A stretch of DNA of 58,984 bases, filler included, from Bipalium vagum (taxonomy: Eukaryota): the NCBI GenBank assembly GCA_037834085.1. It is 3 parts of 3 records of this genome, joined end to end, with 100 filler letters (N's around TTAATTAATTAA, not from the genome) between each part and the next. Parts side by side here need not be neighbours in the genome. Positions count along the whole stretch, not along the records: positions 22,045 to 41,609 come from JBBMKC010268948.1; positions 41,710 to 58,984 come from JBBMKC010072993.1; 1 more part is not named here. The stretch is one strand, 5' to 3'. Below are positions 37,831-51,720 of this stretch, in pieces. The notes under the pieces are model-generated. The model was not told the DNA's origin. It made no database searches and saw nothing but the letters and a program-made list of their open reading frames with translations. Position 1 is the stretch's first letter. Every line of letters begins with the position of its first letter. The position numbers and the translations under genes were made by a program.

Positions 37831-40454
37831 AAATTAGACAAATTGCCCGAGAAAATCATAAATGATCAATTTTTATAGAAATTTGTTACTTAAATTCAAA
37901 TAGTTCGAAAAAATATCATAAAGTTTGAACTATAAATCTCATTCTTTCAGTAAAGATCAGATATGAAATAGACTTGAAGAAATATATTTAACAAAAACCA
38001 AAAGTGTTTTAAAGTAGATCAAACATCGATGAAAAGCATCAAATTCAACTTATGTCCAATTATTTATCAATTGAGTTTTTCATGTAATGAATTTTTTAGA
38101 TACAAATATAGTTAGGAAGGTTGACAAGATTCCGCAGTTGTCTTGAATTAATATATTTTATATCATTGAACCTTTTTGTTTTTGACGAGTTTCGGATGAC
38201 CAAGTGATGTTACCTGCCACATATACCATCTTCAAATCAGACACACCGACTATCATCCATATTATTTAACTTTCAAAATTTACAAAATGGTAAATATTTA
38301 TTAAATTATTTTATTATTAAGATTATTATTTAACTTTGAATATAAAATTAAAAAATTCCATATATAACAATACCTCCTTATATAATAATTATATCTGTAA
38401 ATAGAATTTTTATTGGAAAAACTGTACACATGTCCTGTCTTTCAAATGAGATTTATGATCATCCAGAAAATATAAAGTTGTAATAATAATAATAATAATA
38501 ATAATAAAATTTAATTATCGATTTCATTTATTCTCATATCCATTACACCCTTTTTAATAAAAGTTAAATGTGAGAGTCAAATAATCTTCACATCGCTAAG
38601 AATATATATTTCAGTTAATAAATTTTATATTTCTCCATGTCTAATGATAATTGGAAAATTTAAACAAAAAGTCCTAATAATCCATAGACTTCATTTCTTT
38701 CTTCACCAGGCATATTTAAGAATAAACTAGCTTTAAATTTGTAAATGCATTATTTCGTGTATCTGTAAACATTTGCAGCAACAGATGTACACGAAATAGT
38801 TTCTATAGTAATTTAATTTTATTCTATTTGAGAAACATAAAATTCACTAACAGAATTAAATAAAACACATGTGATGTAGGTGTTGACTTAACAAGTAAAA
38901 TGATCGCCAATTGCTTTTTTCAACATTTTTCATTATCATTAAAATTAATAAAATAATTGCTCACACTCTAATACATGAAATAATAATAAGATAACATATT
39001 TCAAAACCAACCAAATGTTAAATTAATTAATAATTTTTCTCTCAGAGTTAATAAGTGTTTAATTTAATATTTTCTTATTTTAGAAAAATAATTCTGATTT
39101 ATTCTGAACAATTTATTATGAAAATAATATTTTTTTAATATTATAAATTTTAAGTACTATATTTTCAAAACAGACTCTTACCAACAATTATATTGATTAT
39201 TTTACTTACCAGTATTATTATTTTATCAATATCAATATCAATAATAACAAAATAACATAAGTGAATTGTCTTATAAAAACTTTATGAGCTTAGTAAATCT
39301 ATACTATGCGCAAAAATTAGTCCTCCACTTAGGAAAAAAAACAATAGTTTGAAATTTACAATTCCTATTAAGTTAACAGTATACATATGTGAAGAAAGTC
39401 TTCAAGAGTAATACTGAGTATTAATAATTATTATTACTTATTCTAGTTAGATAACAAGTATTAAACTTTCATTATTAATTTTGATTAAATAATATTTTCG
39501 TGATGACTATTGAGAAAGTAAAATGAAAGAATATTTAAAATGGTATTGATTTAATAACACTTTCATAATAATATTATTTTAATTTAACCAAAAATATAAA
39601 TAAATAAACAGTAAAAGGTAATCCGGTAATTAATTGATAACAGATCATGTATTAGCAGTTACTTTTAAACTTGATAATTCATCAACTGATCGTTTAAAAT
39701 CCATTATTTTTCAGTTGTATATTTATTAATGTCGTTAAAAATTACATTTTTCTGTTTATAATATATTTATTCTTACATAATTTTATTATTATAAATGTCT
39801 GAATTTAATTGTTTTAAAAGAATATCTTTCTAGAAATTACTTTAAGCCAAAAATTCTTTAGAAATATTTTTTCATTCATTTAACTAATTGTATCTAGTTT
39901 TTAATTAAAATAAACTAATAATATTATGTTGATAGAAAAATAATGCAAGTTTTTTTTCTTTAATATAAAATGAGGTGTTTAAGAATTGATTCTTTTTAAT
40001 TATATATTTTTCATATCATTTCTTAAGTCACTTTTTATTTATTTTTATGAATAATTTGAATATTAATTCCAGGTCAATCCATATTCAATTTATTTTATGA
40101 AGCTACTTTTCCAAAAGCTGTTAATAATTATCAGGCTAAATAATTGTTGAGGGTGACCTAGAAGTCATTGTCTATTTTAGAAATTGAATAATTGTTTTAT
40201 TAAAAAATTGAATTTATTTTTGAAGTTTTGTAAACTATAATTCTTGGAAATTTACACTTACTCAAATAACTGTACAAATATTCTGCAAAGTTGCGTTTCT
40301 TCATTAATAACTTTTGCAATACTAGTCAAACATGTTAAAATTTTACTCATACGGGCATAAATCTTTATTCTATAATCTCATTAAATTCAAAACATTAATT
40401 AAAAATTTATTGATAATAAAATTGTACAATGTCATTTACACAGTTCTTTTGCTC

Positions 40455-40760
40455 TAATCTCAATATTTTGAATGACGCGATTTTGAGTTTAAAATTGAAT
40501 CAATTGTCCTCGACATGCTTTTAGTGAGTACGGCACATTCTTCCGTTGATATTATATTCCAATTTTGCTCAACTCTTTCAAAATTTTGCTTTTGCGACCT
40601 TTCTTGTTTTTAGATTGGTTTAAATTATACTTCTTAGAAAATTTACGGACTGTATAAGGACTTGTACATACCCTTTGCAATTTTACAATACGAAAATCAA
40701 ATTTGTAGTTGGAAAATAATATTATTGGCAATATCGGGTGGTGTAAGGTTCATTTTTGTC
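40455..40760 (-). mobile_element. Internally deleted Tc1-like element
   Basis: N-terminal HTH and KKGRKSKI motif joined directly to the C-terminal ERVEQNWNIISTEECAVLTKSMSRTIDSILNSKSRHSKY*. Confidence 0.7.
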
Positions 40761-41219
40761 TAAAAATTTTAATTTAAAGTTAATTAATAAAAAATTAAAC
40801 TTAGTTAAGTGTATCTACAATAAAAATAAGATTTTCTTAAAATATTTATTTAAAAATCTGGTTAAAAAGTAATTTATTTGATATTAATAGATGCAAATGT
40901 GTAAATGACATTGTTGAATTTGAATATCAATAACCTTATAATTAATTTGTCTTGAGCTTTGAAATTTTAAGAAATTATAGAACGAAAAAATAAATGTAGT
41001 TACAGTCACAGGCGACCAATGTCAAAAAATGTTGTGCACTCAGAAATAACCAGTTCTTTGGAAAGCGAATAATTTCGCGAAGTTTAGATTTTAAAAACGT
41101 GTAACAATTAAAAATCCAGACACAAAACAAAATCAAAAATTCTTTTTTCTCTTATAATATTCATAATTCAAAAATTTATTTTCAAACCCTAAAGACAATG
41201 TCCTTTTAAATTAAAAAAA

Positions 41220-41460
41220 ACATTTATCATTCCATGCCGAGGTACAGTATCGACACTATTGAGTGTAGACTTCGATAGATTGAGTACGCTTTCAGGACCA
41301 AGTGTATTCAAGAAATATTCAATTTTTCTCCGAAGCTGATCAAGATTTTCGGTACACCAGCCTTTATCGTAAACGTGACGTTTTCATTCCGATTAAAAGT
41401 CCTCGATCGGTCGTACTTCAGACACGTTCGCTGTGTTAAGTTTCCCTATAAGTGACTAAA
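41220..41460 (-). mobile_element. Tc1/mariner-superfamily C-terminal relic
   Basis: VYDKGWCTENLDQLRRKIEYFL, the same family type as 30300-31330. Confidence 0.55.
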
Positions 41461-41609
41461 TTTAAACTTCAACAAATCGATAAAAGACTTAAAGATTACT
41501 TAACATAAACTACTTAAATATCAGAAGGATTAATGGCCTGTAATTCGGAACAAAATAAGACAAATGAAAACAATTAAAATTCCAATACAAATATTTTTAT
41601 TTGTAAAAA

Positions 41610-41709
41610 NNNNNNNNNNNNNNNNNNNNNNNNNNNNNNNNNNNNNNNNNNNNTTAATTAATTAANNNNNNNNNNNNNNNNNNNNNNNNNNNNNNNNNNN
41701 NNNNNNNNN
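41610..41709. other. Artificial contig-joining spacer N44-TTAATTAATTAA-N44
   Basis: Identical 100-nt architecture to 21945-22044. Confidence 0.95.

Positions 41710-41779
<70 letters not shown>
41710..41779. repeat. (TAT)n microsatellite at contig start
   Basis: About 23 units; probably the cause of the assembly break. Confidence 0.95.
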
Positions 41780-43099
41780 TGTTTTTCTGAATTAATGTTT
41801 TAGGTATGTCATTGATAAAACCGAACATTGATTCTGGATTAAAGTATAAATCCAGATTAGCGGGGATGAAATAATTCACGTTCTTTCATTAAAATAATCA
41901 ATGTTGAAAACAAATATTTATTGATTTTGTTTTCATATTTTTCAAACCTACATTGATATATTTTATTTAAAATGAAACTTGTTCTATTCTTCTCTTAATT
42001 AACCGTTAAAAATTTTTTCCCAGACTTTTTTATAATGATGGTAATTATATTATGTAAATTTTAAGCAATTTTTTCATTATGCTTTTGATTTAAATTCCTT
42101 TTACATAAACGTCCTTAGAAATGGAAATTACAACATTAAAAAATGATTATTATTAGTTTTTTTTCATAAAAATTATATTTATTTTTTAAAGAAGTGAAGT
42201 ACAACGGTTCGTTTTGAAAAAATTTGTTGTTCTTTTTGCAAAAAACATTTGTATAAATTGAAAACAAAGTCCTTTCATCTTTTTTGATTTTTAACTCTTA
42301 AGACTTGAAAACGAAAGGAATGAACTAAAATGTGATCAAAGTGATATTAGGAATCTTTTAGAGGGAAAAGAAACGGAAATGAGGTCATTTCCGAAGTTTG
42401 TTCGTAGTCTTATATTTGAATCTGAGCATTTTGCAAATACAAATTTTGTAAATGTTGATTTTTGTTAATGAGAAATAAGTCACCCCAAATGGGAGACCTC
42501 TACTTTAGTAAGATAATTACCATTGTATCTGATACAATACAGAAAACTATATCTAAAATGTGTATATTTTTGCTATCTTAATAAAAATGTCCTTAGAAAT
42601 AAATACAGAATTTGGTTTATTATTATTATTATTTTTATGATTATTATTATTATTATTATTATTATTGTGAGCACTATTCAATTTCAATAATGACATTGAT
42701 TATAATAAAATTGGAACCAATTTAAGGTTCTTCACAACTCACTTCCCTATTTGGTAGCTCTTGAAAAATTTTCATAGTGGAACTCTATTAAACACAACTT
42801 TTCAATAAGTTTCAAATCAAATATTCCATATAAGTTTATCTCCATAATTGATAAAGGAATATCTCTTTGTACTAAGGAAAAATACATAAATATATATTTA
42901 TGCAAATAAGACAAAGGTTTCTCAAAATATTCACCGTAATAATTTAAATATTTTGTCATCTGCGTTCATTCTAATATAAAATCATTATACCTTAACGATC
43001 TGATTTGAAGGTTGGCGTTAAATCATTAAAACAAAAAGATAAAAAATATTAAGTTTCTTTTTTCTCAAAACAAATTTCAGCACATGAAGATATTTATAA

Positions 43100-43260
43100 T
43101 TTACTTTTCGTAGTAGAAAATGTGAGGAAATCATACCAGGATTACGAGACGGATGTGTCATTAATTTGACGTTTTCATTTGACAAATAATCGATTGTTTC
43201 GATGCGGTGTGTTTACAGTGGTACATTCACGGCAAAGAATATTTGAACACGTTAATTTCT
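43100..43260 (-). mobile_element. mariner relic
   Basis: ETIDYLSNENVKLMTHPSRNP (LMxHPPYSPDL-like). Confidence 0.55.
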
Positions 43261-44799
43261 TTACAATTATTGACTGAGGACTTTGGACAGACAAAATAAC
43301 ATGTTACCAAAATAAGCTATTACACTGACCAACCACTGTATTTTCTACTGAATTTTACTGTTAACTGTTTTTTAAACGGAGGTCTCTGGAAAACTAGGAA
43401 AACTATCTCTTGGAACGAGAGATATATTATTCTTTTATTTTAAAAATACTTATTTTCCGATCAAAAAATAAAAAAAATTCCTAACAAACATTTTAAAAAT
43501 TAGACACTCACACCGACTGTCACCAAAAGGTCCAGTCCTTCGCCTAACTCTATTCAATGTATTTTTTCTTGACTTAACAGATATCTTTCCAAAAAATTTG
43601 GACCATGAATCTTGATCAACGAATTTTTTCCCAACATTTTGGTTTTCCTTTGCTTTTCAATCGCGTCAGAACTGATTTTCCATTGACATAATGTTACCAG
43701 ATTTAATTAAATGCCAAATTAAAATGAAACGACTAAAAATTATAATAATTAATTGATTATATATTAACTGCACAAACACTTATTCTCAATCAAAGTGAAT
43801 TAACAGTCAGAATTATCTTTATCTAATCAAAAGAGATTCTTACTTTAATTGACGTACTGTCAATTCTTGATTTATCCAAATGTTATCTTTTAATATGTGA
43901 GACATTTGGTTAGGACTCCCTATTATATCTGTTCATTATATTTATAATTTTCTTAAATTGATATTTTTAATAATTAAGAAAATAAGGTACGAGCCTACCA
44001 CGGATAATTGACATAGCTTCAATTAACATTATTGTAATATTTTACAAACAATTTTTATTAAGTTTGACCTTTAATTAACTTTCATAAAAATAAATAAAGT
44101 GAAGCCTTTCACCATTCAGTGAAAAGGCGATGTTTATCAAAATCCAATTTTCCTTTTGGAACTCTCATAATTTGTTCCAAAACCAAGTTGTTGTTTAAAG
44201 AGTTGCTTATAGAATATTTGGGTTCCAGGCGCGCAAGGTGAATTATATTAAAAAATAAATAAATAATATTTAAAAATTATATAACATGTGTTTTTTTAAA
44301 AATATTTTATTCATTTTATTTTTCAGTTTCATTTATCTCCGTTATTGATAATTATTAAAATATTAACTATGGAAATATTTCGGGAATATTTTGTATAAAA
44401 TTTCCACAACACGCAGTTTTAGATTATACGAAACATAATCTTAAATGACATTTTTTAACTGAAAGTAAAATTGTTAAATATTCTTGAATTGTTATATTTA
44501 TATTTTATTAATGTTAATTTGAATTTTGTTATTTTCAAAGCTCATTTTTATCATAATGTCAATTTTTCAAACCTGTCGTACCTTAAGGTTTTGGGTTTCT
44601 TTATATCATACACAAATGATCACGGGTTTCATTATAATATTTATCAAAAGGTTAGGAATTATCACATATCTGCGAGGCATTCCAGATAAATGGGGAATAT
44701 TTGCAATGTCGTGTTAAACATCGATTTTTTATAAAATCCATTTAATTTTCATTTAACTGAACAAATGTATCGATTAGTTATGAAAAACTAAATGTTTTA

Positions 44800-45430
44800 A
44801 TTTTAGATATGACTTCAGAATACCGTAGAAGATCAGCAGTAGATCATCGCTTCTGGACGCGTAAGCATAAAAAAATTTATCGTTTTGTTTGATTTTAGTA
44901 AGAGAAGTAATTTACAACATCACTAAAAGGTTTAAGCCGGACGATGACAAAGATAATCAAAGTGTATAAGAAATCCACAACAAACCTTGTCTCATAAAGG
45001 AATCCGAATTTCATAGGCAATTTAAAAACGAAGATTGATAATAATGATTACAAAAATGTGGCTGACATCAAAGTAGATAAACGTGGCCAGATGAACAGTT
45101 AGTATAGCAATAAGGAAGAATGAAAGTTGTAAATCTCATGTTCTGTGATGAAGTCATCTCCTGTCTGAAAAGGGAAAATCCAACTGTAAACTGAAAGCAG
45201 ATACATTTTTTAAGAGCATAAAGCATGATACACAGAGTTTTTAAAGTTCAAGATAGAAAGTCAATCGACAAAATGGCAGGTGAATCTGGCAGCATGCTTT
45301 TGAAGTTTCGATGATCATGCATTTAAAGTTTCCAGTATCTGTCATGCTGTTAATTAGGGAAGATGACGTCATGATCTATTACTCTTTCAAGAAACTCCAA
45401 GCAATCCTTGAAGTGATCAGGCAATATTTA
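44800..45430 (+). mobile_element. maT/Tc1-like transposase N-terminal relic
   Basis: MTSEYRRRSAV start and RNPNFIGNLKTKIDN resemble D,D37D-family N-termini; heavily decayed. Confidence 0.45.
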
Positions 45431-46689
45431 CAATTTCATTTGTCTTAATAAAGAGTTTCACCCGCCCAATATTGTGAGGTGAATGGAAATGTCACAATAC
45501 AATTATAATTTTAATGTTTTGGGGATTTCACGAATTTAAGAAATACTTACCAAAATATAATAGAACTATTTGATATTAAAACAACGAAATGTTCTATTGT
45601 TAATCACCAGCAGAGTGAATAATTCACTGATTCAGACTATAACCTTCTCTATTATTATATGCTTTATCGTAGCTACTATATTTAATATAGGTTAATGTGT
45701 GACGAAATATTTTCAAAAATAATTTATTACAAATAAGCACCATATAAAGTTATAAAGCTTTTTCTATGACAACGAAATACAGAACGTAATATTATTTATA
45801 TATTTAACAGTTAAATTGCAAAAATATTTTTTATCGATAACGTTGCTTGATATTATTAAATAATGACCTTGAATTTGGATCATCACCAAGATCATGCAGG
45901 TTCTTGATGATGTCAACGTCCATTTTTACTTATTTTTCAATTAGGAACTTCAAAAATTTTGTCGAGATTTTCCTCCAAATTTTTATTGTATATTTTTGTG
46001 GACTTCCTTTTGTGGACTTCATTTATTTTTGTGTTAATAAAATTTCCCGGGATATTTTTTATATTATTTAACCTCATTATCAAATCACAATAAATAAGTT
46101 TAAAATTCCACAACATTTCACGGTTCTTACATGAGAAAATCAATATAAAAAGTATAATAAAACAATATATTCAAACAATAATTTAAATAAAGGTGATGAG
46201 CCGATCTTGAGACACCATTCATATATATTCTTGTCTCAAAAATATAATTTAAAATAACATCAGCTTTATTTAAAAGTTAGAATTAATAAATAATTATTAT
46301 TATTTTAATAATATTTAATATTTAAAATTGTTATTTCATTATTTTAAGGAAAAGGAAACGTTGTGTGAGAACTATTTCGTTAATTTATCATATCTTGATC
46401 TCTTTCAAATTATTTATTTATATATTTTATCTTAATTTCCTCAAAAAACAAATTCAATAAAAAAATTATTTGGCACCAAGTTTTAAAAATTAATTTCAAT
46501 TTTGTTTCATAATTCTTCCTGGGCAGGTCTTGTTTTAAATATTATTATGAGAAGACTGAAATAAATATTTTTGCGTTATAAATTATGAAGTAAAATCATT
46601 TTGCAAGATTAAGGATTTTTAAAATCTCGAAAAGGTAAAAATGATAATGACATAAAATTTTTAGTATTTGCCTTTGCTATTGATTACTT

Positions 46690-47170
46690 TACGCTATCTT
46701 ACAGGCGTGGATGAATTCCGTCTCATAAAAATTCTCGCTATTTGGACGCTATAAAATGATTTGAAGTCTGTATCACACAAGGAATTCTGTATTGACCGGA
46801 ATAAAAAAATCAGTTGGAGCAATTTTTGATAAATCGGCTGGGTGCTTCATAATTTCCCAACTAAGGTTCATTATAATATGCTACCCTGCGTTTTCATGTA
46901 ACAATTTAACAGAATGTTTTCCTTTTCTAGAATACGTTTCAACTCCAAATTTTGACTCAATTTGGATAAAGGATCTTGATAGAGGTCAGCAGTAACTGCT
47001 TCACCAGGTTCCAACAGCTTATAATATAGCACTCTCTTCATATCCAACAAGATACTGAGCAAAACGATTGGACTTCTTGACCGATTTCGATGGTTTTCCA
47101 AGGATTACCCATGATTTCCTACATTTTGGATTTTCATAATGGACCCATTTCTCATTAAATTGATTTGTTA
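46690..47170 (-). mobile_element. mariner (mauritiana/Mos1-like) catalytic-domain relic
   Basis: NEKWVHYENPKCRKSWV and DMKRVLYYKLLEPGEAVTADLYQ, then WEIMKHPADLSKIAPTD. Confidence 0.8.
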
Positions 47171-48259
47171 AAACAATTGCAATACTTACATTACATGATA
47201 AAATTTTGATTAATTATCATTAGACAATAAATATATTGAAATATACTAATGATAATAATTGAGACATGTTTTTAAAAAATGAATAAATCTAAATAAGTTA
47301 CTTCTAAATATTTTCTAAAAAATTATTAATTTACAAATTGAACTTGGAAATAATCCGGGAAAACGAACTTGAACAATATAACCATTTGCTGTACACTTAT
47401 TTTTATTTTCATTACATACTTTTAAAATTTTATTTCATTTAATTAATATTATTAATTAATATTTTTAATAAAAATATTATTATATAATTAATTATAACCA
47501 AAAATGTAAAGAACTTTTGAAAAATCTAAGAAATCGATATTTTTATTGAAAATTTTTTATTCAGAAAATTGAAATTTTAATATTTATCAATCCAAAATTC
47601 TTAATAACAGAAAAATTCTCGATTACAATGAAATCAAATAATAATTAAATTTTTTAGAAAATATATTATATGCTCACAATTATAAAAATCAATCAATTAA
47701 TTCGATTAAATTTTTTAATAAAATTTTTATTGAATATTATTTTTACACAAATATTAATTAATAATTAAAATATAATGCAATGATTTAATTTTTTTCCATT
47801 ATTTTGATGATCAAATAATCTACTTTATCAATGACAACATTTCTTCGGGATTATATTTACAAAAAGGATTGTTATTACAAAAAGCCAAATAAATCTAATT
47901 AAAATTTATTACATTAAAAGTTACTACTGTCCAAACGACCAGTAAAATTTTCATATGTTTTGTGCTTGCTTCAATAACTGAAATGGGAGATGAATTTGGA
48001 TCAGAAAATACTTGCTTCAGTTCCTTAAAAAAATTAGCATTATTTTTTTCTGAATTACTTTTGTTTTCAGGCATGAATGAAAATACAAAAAAGTACAAAA
48101 TGAAGAACCATTTTTTAAAATAATCTATTAATTATTTCTTTCAAATACCACTTGAAATATTAGTGTCCGATAAAAATAGATAGTTTTTGATATATCCACA
48201 TTAAAGATAAATAACATTTAATAAGAATTAATTAAGATGATTATTATGAAATTCTTGTA

Positions 48260-48570
48260 ATTCTACATTATTAGAAAAAACAGATGTCAGCCACTGAAAA
48301 CACCAGGTTAATAATAGAATTTGAAGGCCCAGATGCCCTCAATGAGAGGACAACAGGTACAGGTTTTCGAAATTCAATTCCGCTAACACCAGCCTCTAAC
48401 ATACACATGTTTCTGGAAGATTCGGTTATCAAAGATTATCTACTGGATTGCATAGATTCATATCCATCTCAATCAACTCGTGAATTATCGCTCAAATAGG
48501 CCATTCAAAATTTACAATTCATCGACATTTTCAATGACTTGACAAAAAATACAGATTTCCTAATAGACCA
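48260..48570 (+). mobile_element. mariner N-terminal relic
   Basis: EFEGPDALNERT, FSKFNSANTSL..VSGR and DSYPSQSTRELS..HSKFTIHRH (NPxQTTRELA..STIHRHL). Confidence 0.7.
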
Positions 48571-49496
48571 ATCAATTGACAGACTTGCAAGTTGATAAAC
48601 GGTTTTTATTTTTTATTGTATTTTAGTTCCTAATTTTATGTAGTAAAATAAAAATTTTCTATTAAATTTTTTGAATTAGAACAGTCATTTTTATGGAACG
48701 GCATAATAAAGTTCCAAATTTTACTTTATTCAAAATATTTATTTAAAAAAAAATATAATATAAATATAAATTATTTTTTTAAACAAAAATTAAGTATTAA
48801 AATGGTTTTTTACGAAGAAGTCCTAAAGTTCCATATATCCTAAGCAAACAAATATTAAGGTTATAAAACTTTATACAAGGATGATCTTCTTGTTCCACCA
48901 AAAATGGTTAATAATTAAAATTATCTCATCAACTTCAAATAGGTGTGAATATTAATTATAAAAATATTATATTAATTAGATTGTCAGACAGATTTTTGAG
49001 GTTGGGAAATAATTCGAGAAATTTCCATATACAGTACTCCTTCCATCATGAATGAATGGTGAGGATTATTGAGAAATAGTCGAAAATTAAGACAACAGTG
49101 ATAATGAGATAAGGGACAATATCCCTCGCAGTGATATTTGGTTTTTTAAAAATTAATTTTCATTTGTTTTATATTTATATATTTGCGAGGGATGATTTTT
49201 TCTCATTTATAATATCCTTTTATTTGCCGCCAGTTGATTTATACATTCATACATTGTACTATTTTTTTAAACGTAAATGTTTTTTTAGTGGACTAATTTA
49301 ATGTATTTTTACCCAATAGATAATCCATAAAAACATAAATAGACTTATTATTTAATGTGATAAAAGAAATTACTTTGTTTAAATATGAAGACTGACTTTT
49401 AGAACATTTTTTTAAAAAATCGTAATTAATATACTGTTATAGGTAATATATTGGTGTAAAGAATACTACTTTAATGCAAAACCTTAAATATTAAAA

Positions 49497-49930
49497 TACA
49501 GGGTGCGTAGAAAGTAAGTATCAGATTTTAAAATGTAATATTGTTAACACTGTAAATTTTTGACTCAATCAAATACATTTATTAAAAATTAATATTTTTC
49601 AACAGAAAGCCCATCAACATTAATATTACAATGTTGTAATCGACTATTAGAAAAAATCATAACAGTTTAACCAATTTATGGTGATATTTTAACTGACAAT
49701 GGCATCTGTCAGGTCTTTTATCTTCTTTGGTTTTCTTGTATAATCATTTGTCTTCAAATATCCCCAAAGAAAAAAATACAATGGGGAAAGATATGGTAAT
49801 CTTGCAGCAAAATTGAAGGGTATTTATCTTCAAATCCTCTCCCGTGATACGTGGTGTTCAAAAGTTTTCTAACTTCAAGCGAGTTATGAGCTGGAACTCT
49901 ATTCTGGTGAAAAATTCATTTTGATCTTGT
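49497..49930 (-). mobile_element. rosa/D,D41D-like Tc1-mariner 3' end with TIR
   Basis: FHQNRVPAHNSLEVRKLLN, AARLPYLSPLYF and FLWGYLKT..YTRKP; TA-CAGGGTG terminal at 49497. Confidence 0.75.
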
Positions 49931-50169
49931 TCTCAGACAAATTATGTGCTTTTTGAAAACTGCATTTGATTTTTATCATCATTACTTACAAATGCCATAG
50001 GACAATATTTATAAATCAGAGAAATTTTGTCAATTTTTTTTAATTAAATGTGATTATATTAACTTATTAAAACAATTAAATGCTTTCATAAATACTATGT
50101 TCATAATAAATATTAGATTTTCAATTAGAAATGTGCTTTTTAATGATCCTTTTAAGTTGAGAACTAAGC

Positions 50170-50545
50170 TTAGAAATATTGACGAACAAAAACGAAAATT
50201 GCATTTGTATGAAGTTTGATTTTAAACAAAAAAAGACTGCCACACAATCAAACTGTATAATATGAGGTGTTTTAGGTAATATTGTTATTAGTAATAGTCA
50301 ATACGAGAGATGTAGTAGTAGTCAACATAGTTCTGAAAAAGGACCCGCATGATCAAAGATCTCAAACGACAGATGACGTTGACTTAAATGAAGTCACTAA
50401 GACAGATCCTAGACAAACTATTTAAAACATTACTGAGAGATCCAAGTGCAACCTCGTGACTATAGCAAATCACTTATATTGAATTAGCAAAATAAATAGA
50501 TTAGGCAAATGGTACCACATCATCTTACTCTTGAAAATACCCATG
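50170..50545 (+). mobile_element. mariner N-terminal relic
   Basis: FDFKQKKTATQS, DPRQTI and VPHHLT (WVPHxL). Confidence 0.65.
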
Positions 50546-51189
50546 TCTTAACTTAACCTAATTAAATGGGCTGCAATACACTTAAATAAAAATGTTTGTG
50601 TTCTTTTTAAAATCTTACTTTTACTCATTATACACCAAAGTTATCATTTTTAAAGCTTTACTGAGTTTAGTAATAAAAAAGTTATAACCTTGGCTTCTGA
50701 AGAGAGATTTAATTTGCAGATTTGCGAGAACGAAATTCCAGCATCAACCAGTGCCCCAGTAAATTCGGTAGAATGTTTTTGACAGAATCTTCTTGATTCC
50801 ATGACAACGCAATTTTGCAATTCGAAATAATTTCTAAAAAAATAAAGTTCCATTGATGTCTCGTATCACAATATTTATTTATTAATTTATTTATTCATCA
50901 AAATTTTAGTTTCATTGAGTTTCAGGAGAAAAAAGCAGATACGATTAAAGAAGGATTATGTATACACCTAATCATAAAAATCCTCATTCTCTTCGAGCAA
51001 GAGTATAATCTCATTTTATACATGATGAAAACGTTAGGATAAATAAATTTATATAATATATATTTTAATATATTAAAGATACTTGATAATAATATCTAAT
51101 TTCTAATCATTCTACTAATTATTTTCAGCGTAGAGAACATTAGGGTTAATAAATGAGATAACTCATTATTATGAACCTTTGTTAATGAA

Positions 51190-51720
51190 AGCTGCAACAA
51201 TGTTCGTATTTGGGGAAATCTGAGATTGAGCTGATGGCAAGTAATTTTGATGTTGAGATCACGATTCTTATAATTTACATGGAAATCTTGCCGTTACAAT
51301 AACCAGAACATCTTTTTATTATCATAAAACCCTTGGAGACTTTGTTAATTAATATTTTTGAACTAATTGAATACTTTTTCTTTGTGGAAAGTGCAAGCTG
51401 ACCATTTTTAGGGATGGTTGATTCATTCGAAAACTTTTATGAGTTTTGTAAAAGGTCTTTTCTTCTACTCTCATTCAAAAACTGGCCACCAGGGAAAGTA
51501 TAAGAAAAATAAACAAAAATTTTTTATCCTCATTGATTCTAATGATCCAATCTATTTTCTGATCCACATTAACATTTCATTTAAGTTCTGTATGATTTCA
51601 AAGATTTGTTGGCTAAATTAATTCTTATGTGGTTTTGAGAGTGTATTCTTTTCATTTGTAATTCTTACTTTGTAAACATGTCTTAACGGTTTCCGGTTTT
51701 ATTTGAGTTTACATTACTTC
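51190..51720 (-). mobile_element. Tc1-like relic, highly degraded
   Basis: Weak traces of the DEKKF and PAQSPDLNP blocks (NEDKKF, PSAQSQISP). Confidence 0.4.

Noticed and set aside
44104-44237. Small hairpin (GCCTTTCAC/GTGAAAAGGC) and possible 118-nt exon
   Set aside because: The stem is short and imperfect, and the peptide has no recognisable similarity or partner exons.
50650-50853. ALVDAG as a retroviral-type aspartic protease motif
   Set aside because: It lacks D[ST]G and any retroelement context. It may be an hAT-like N-terminal relic but is too weak to call.
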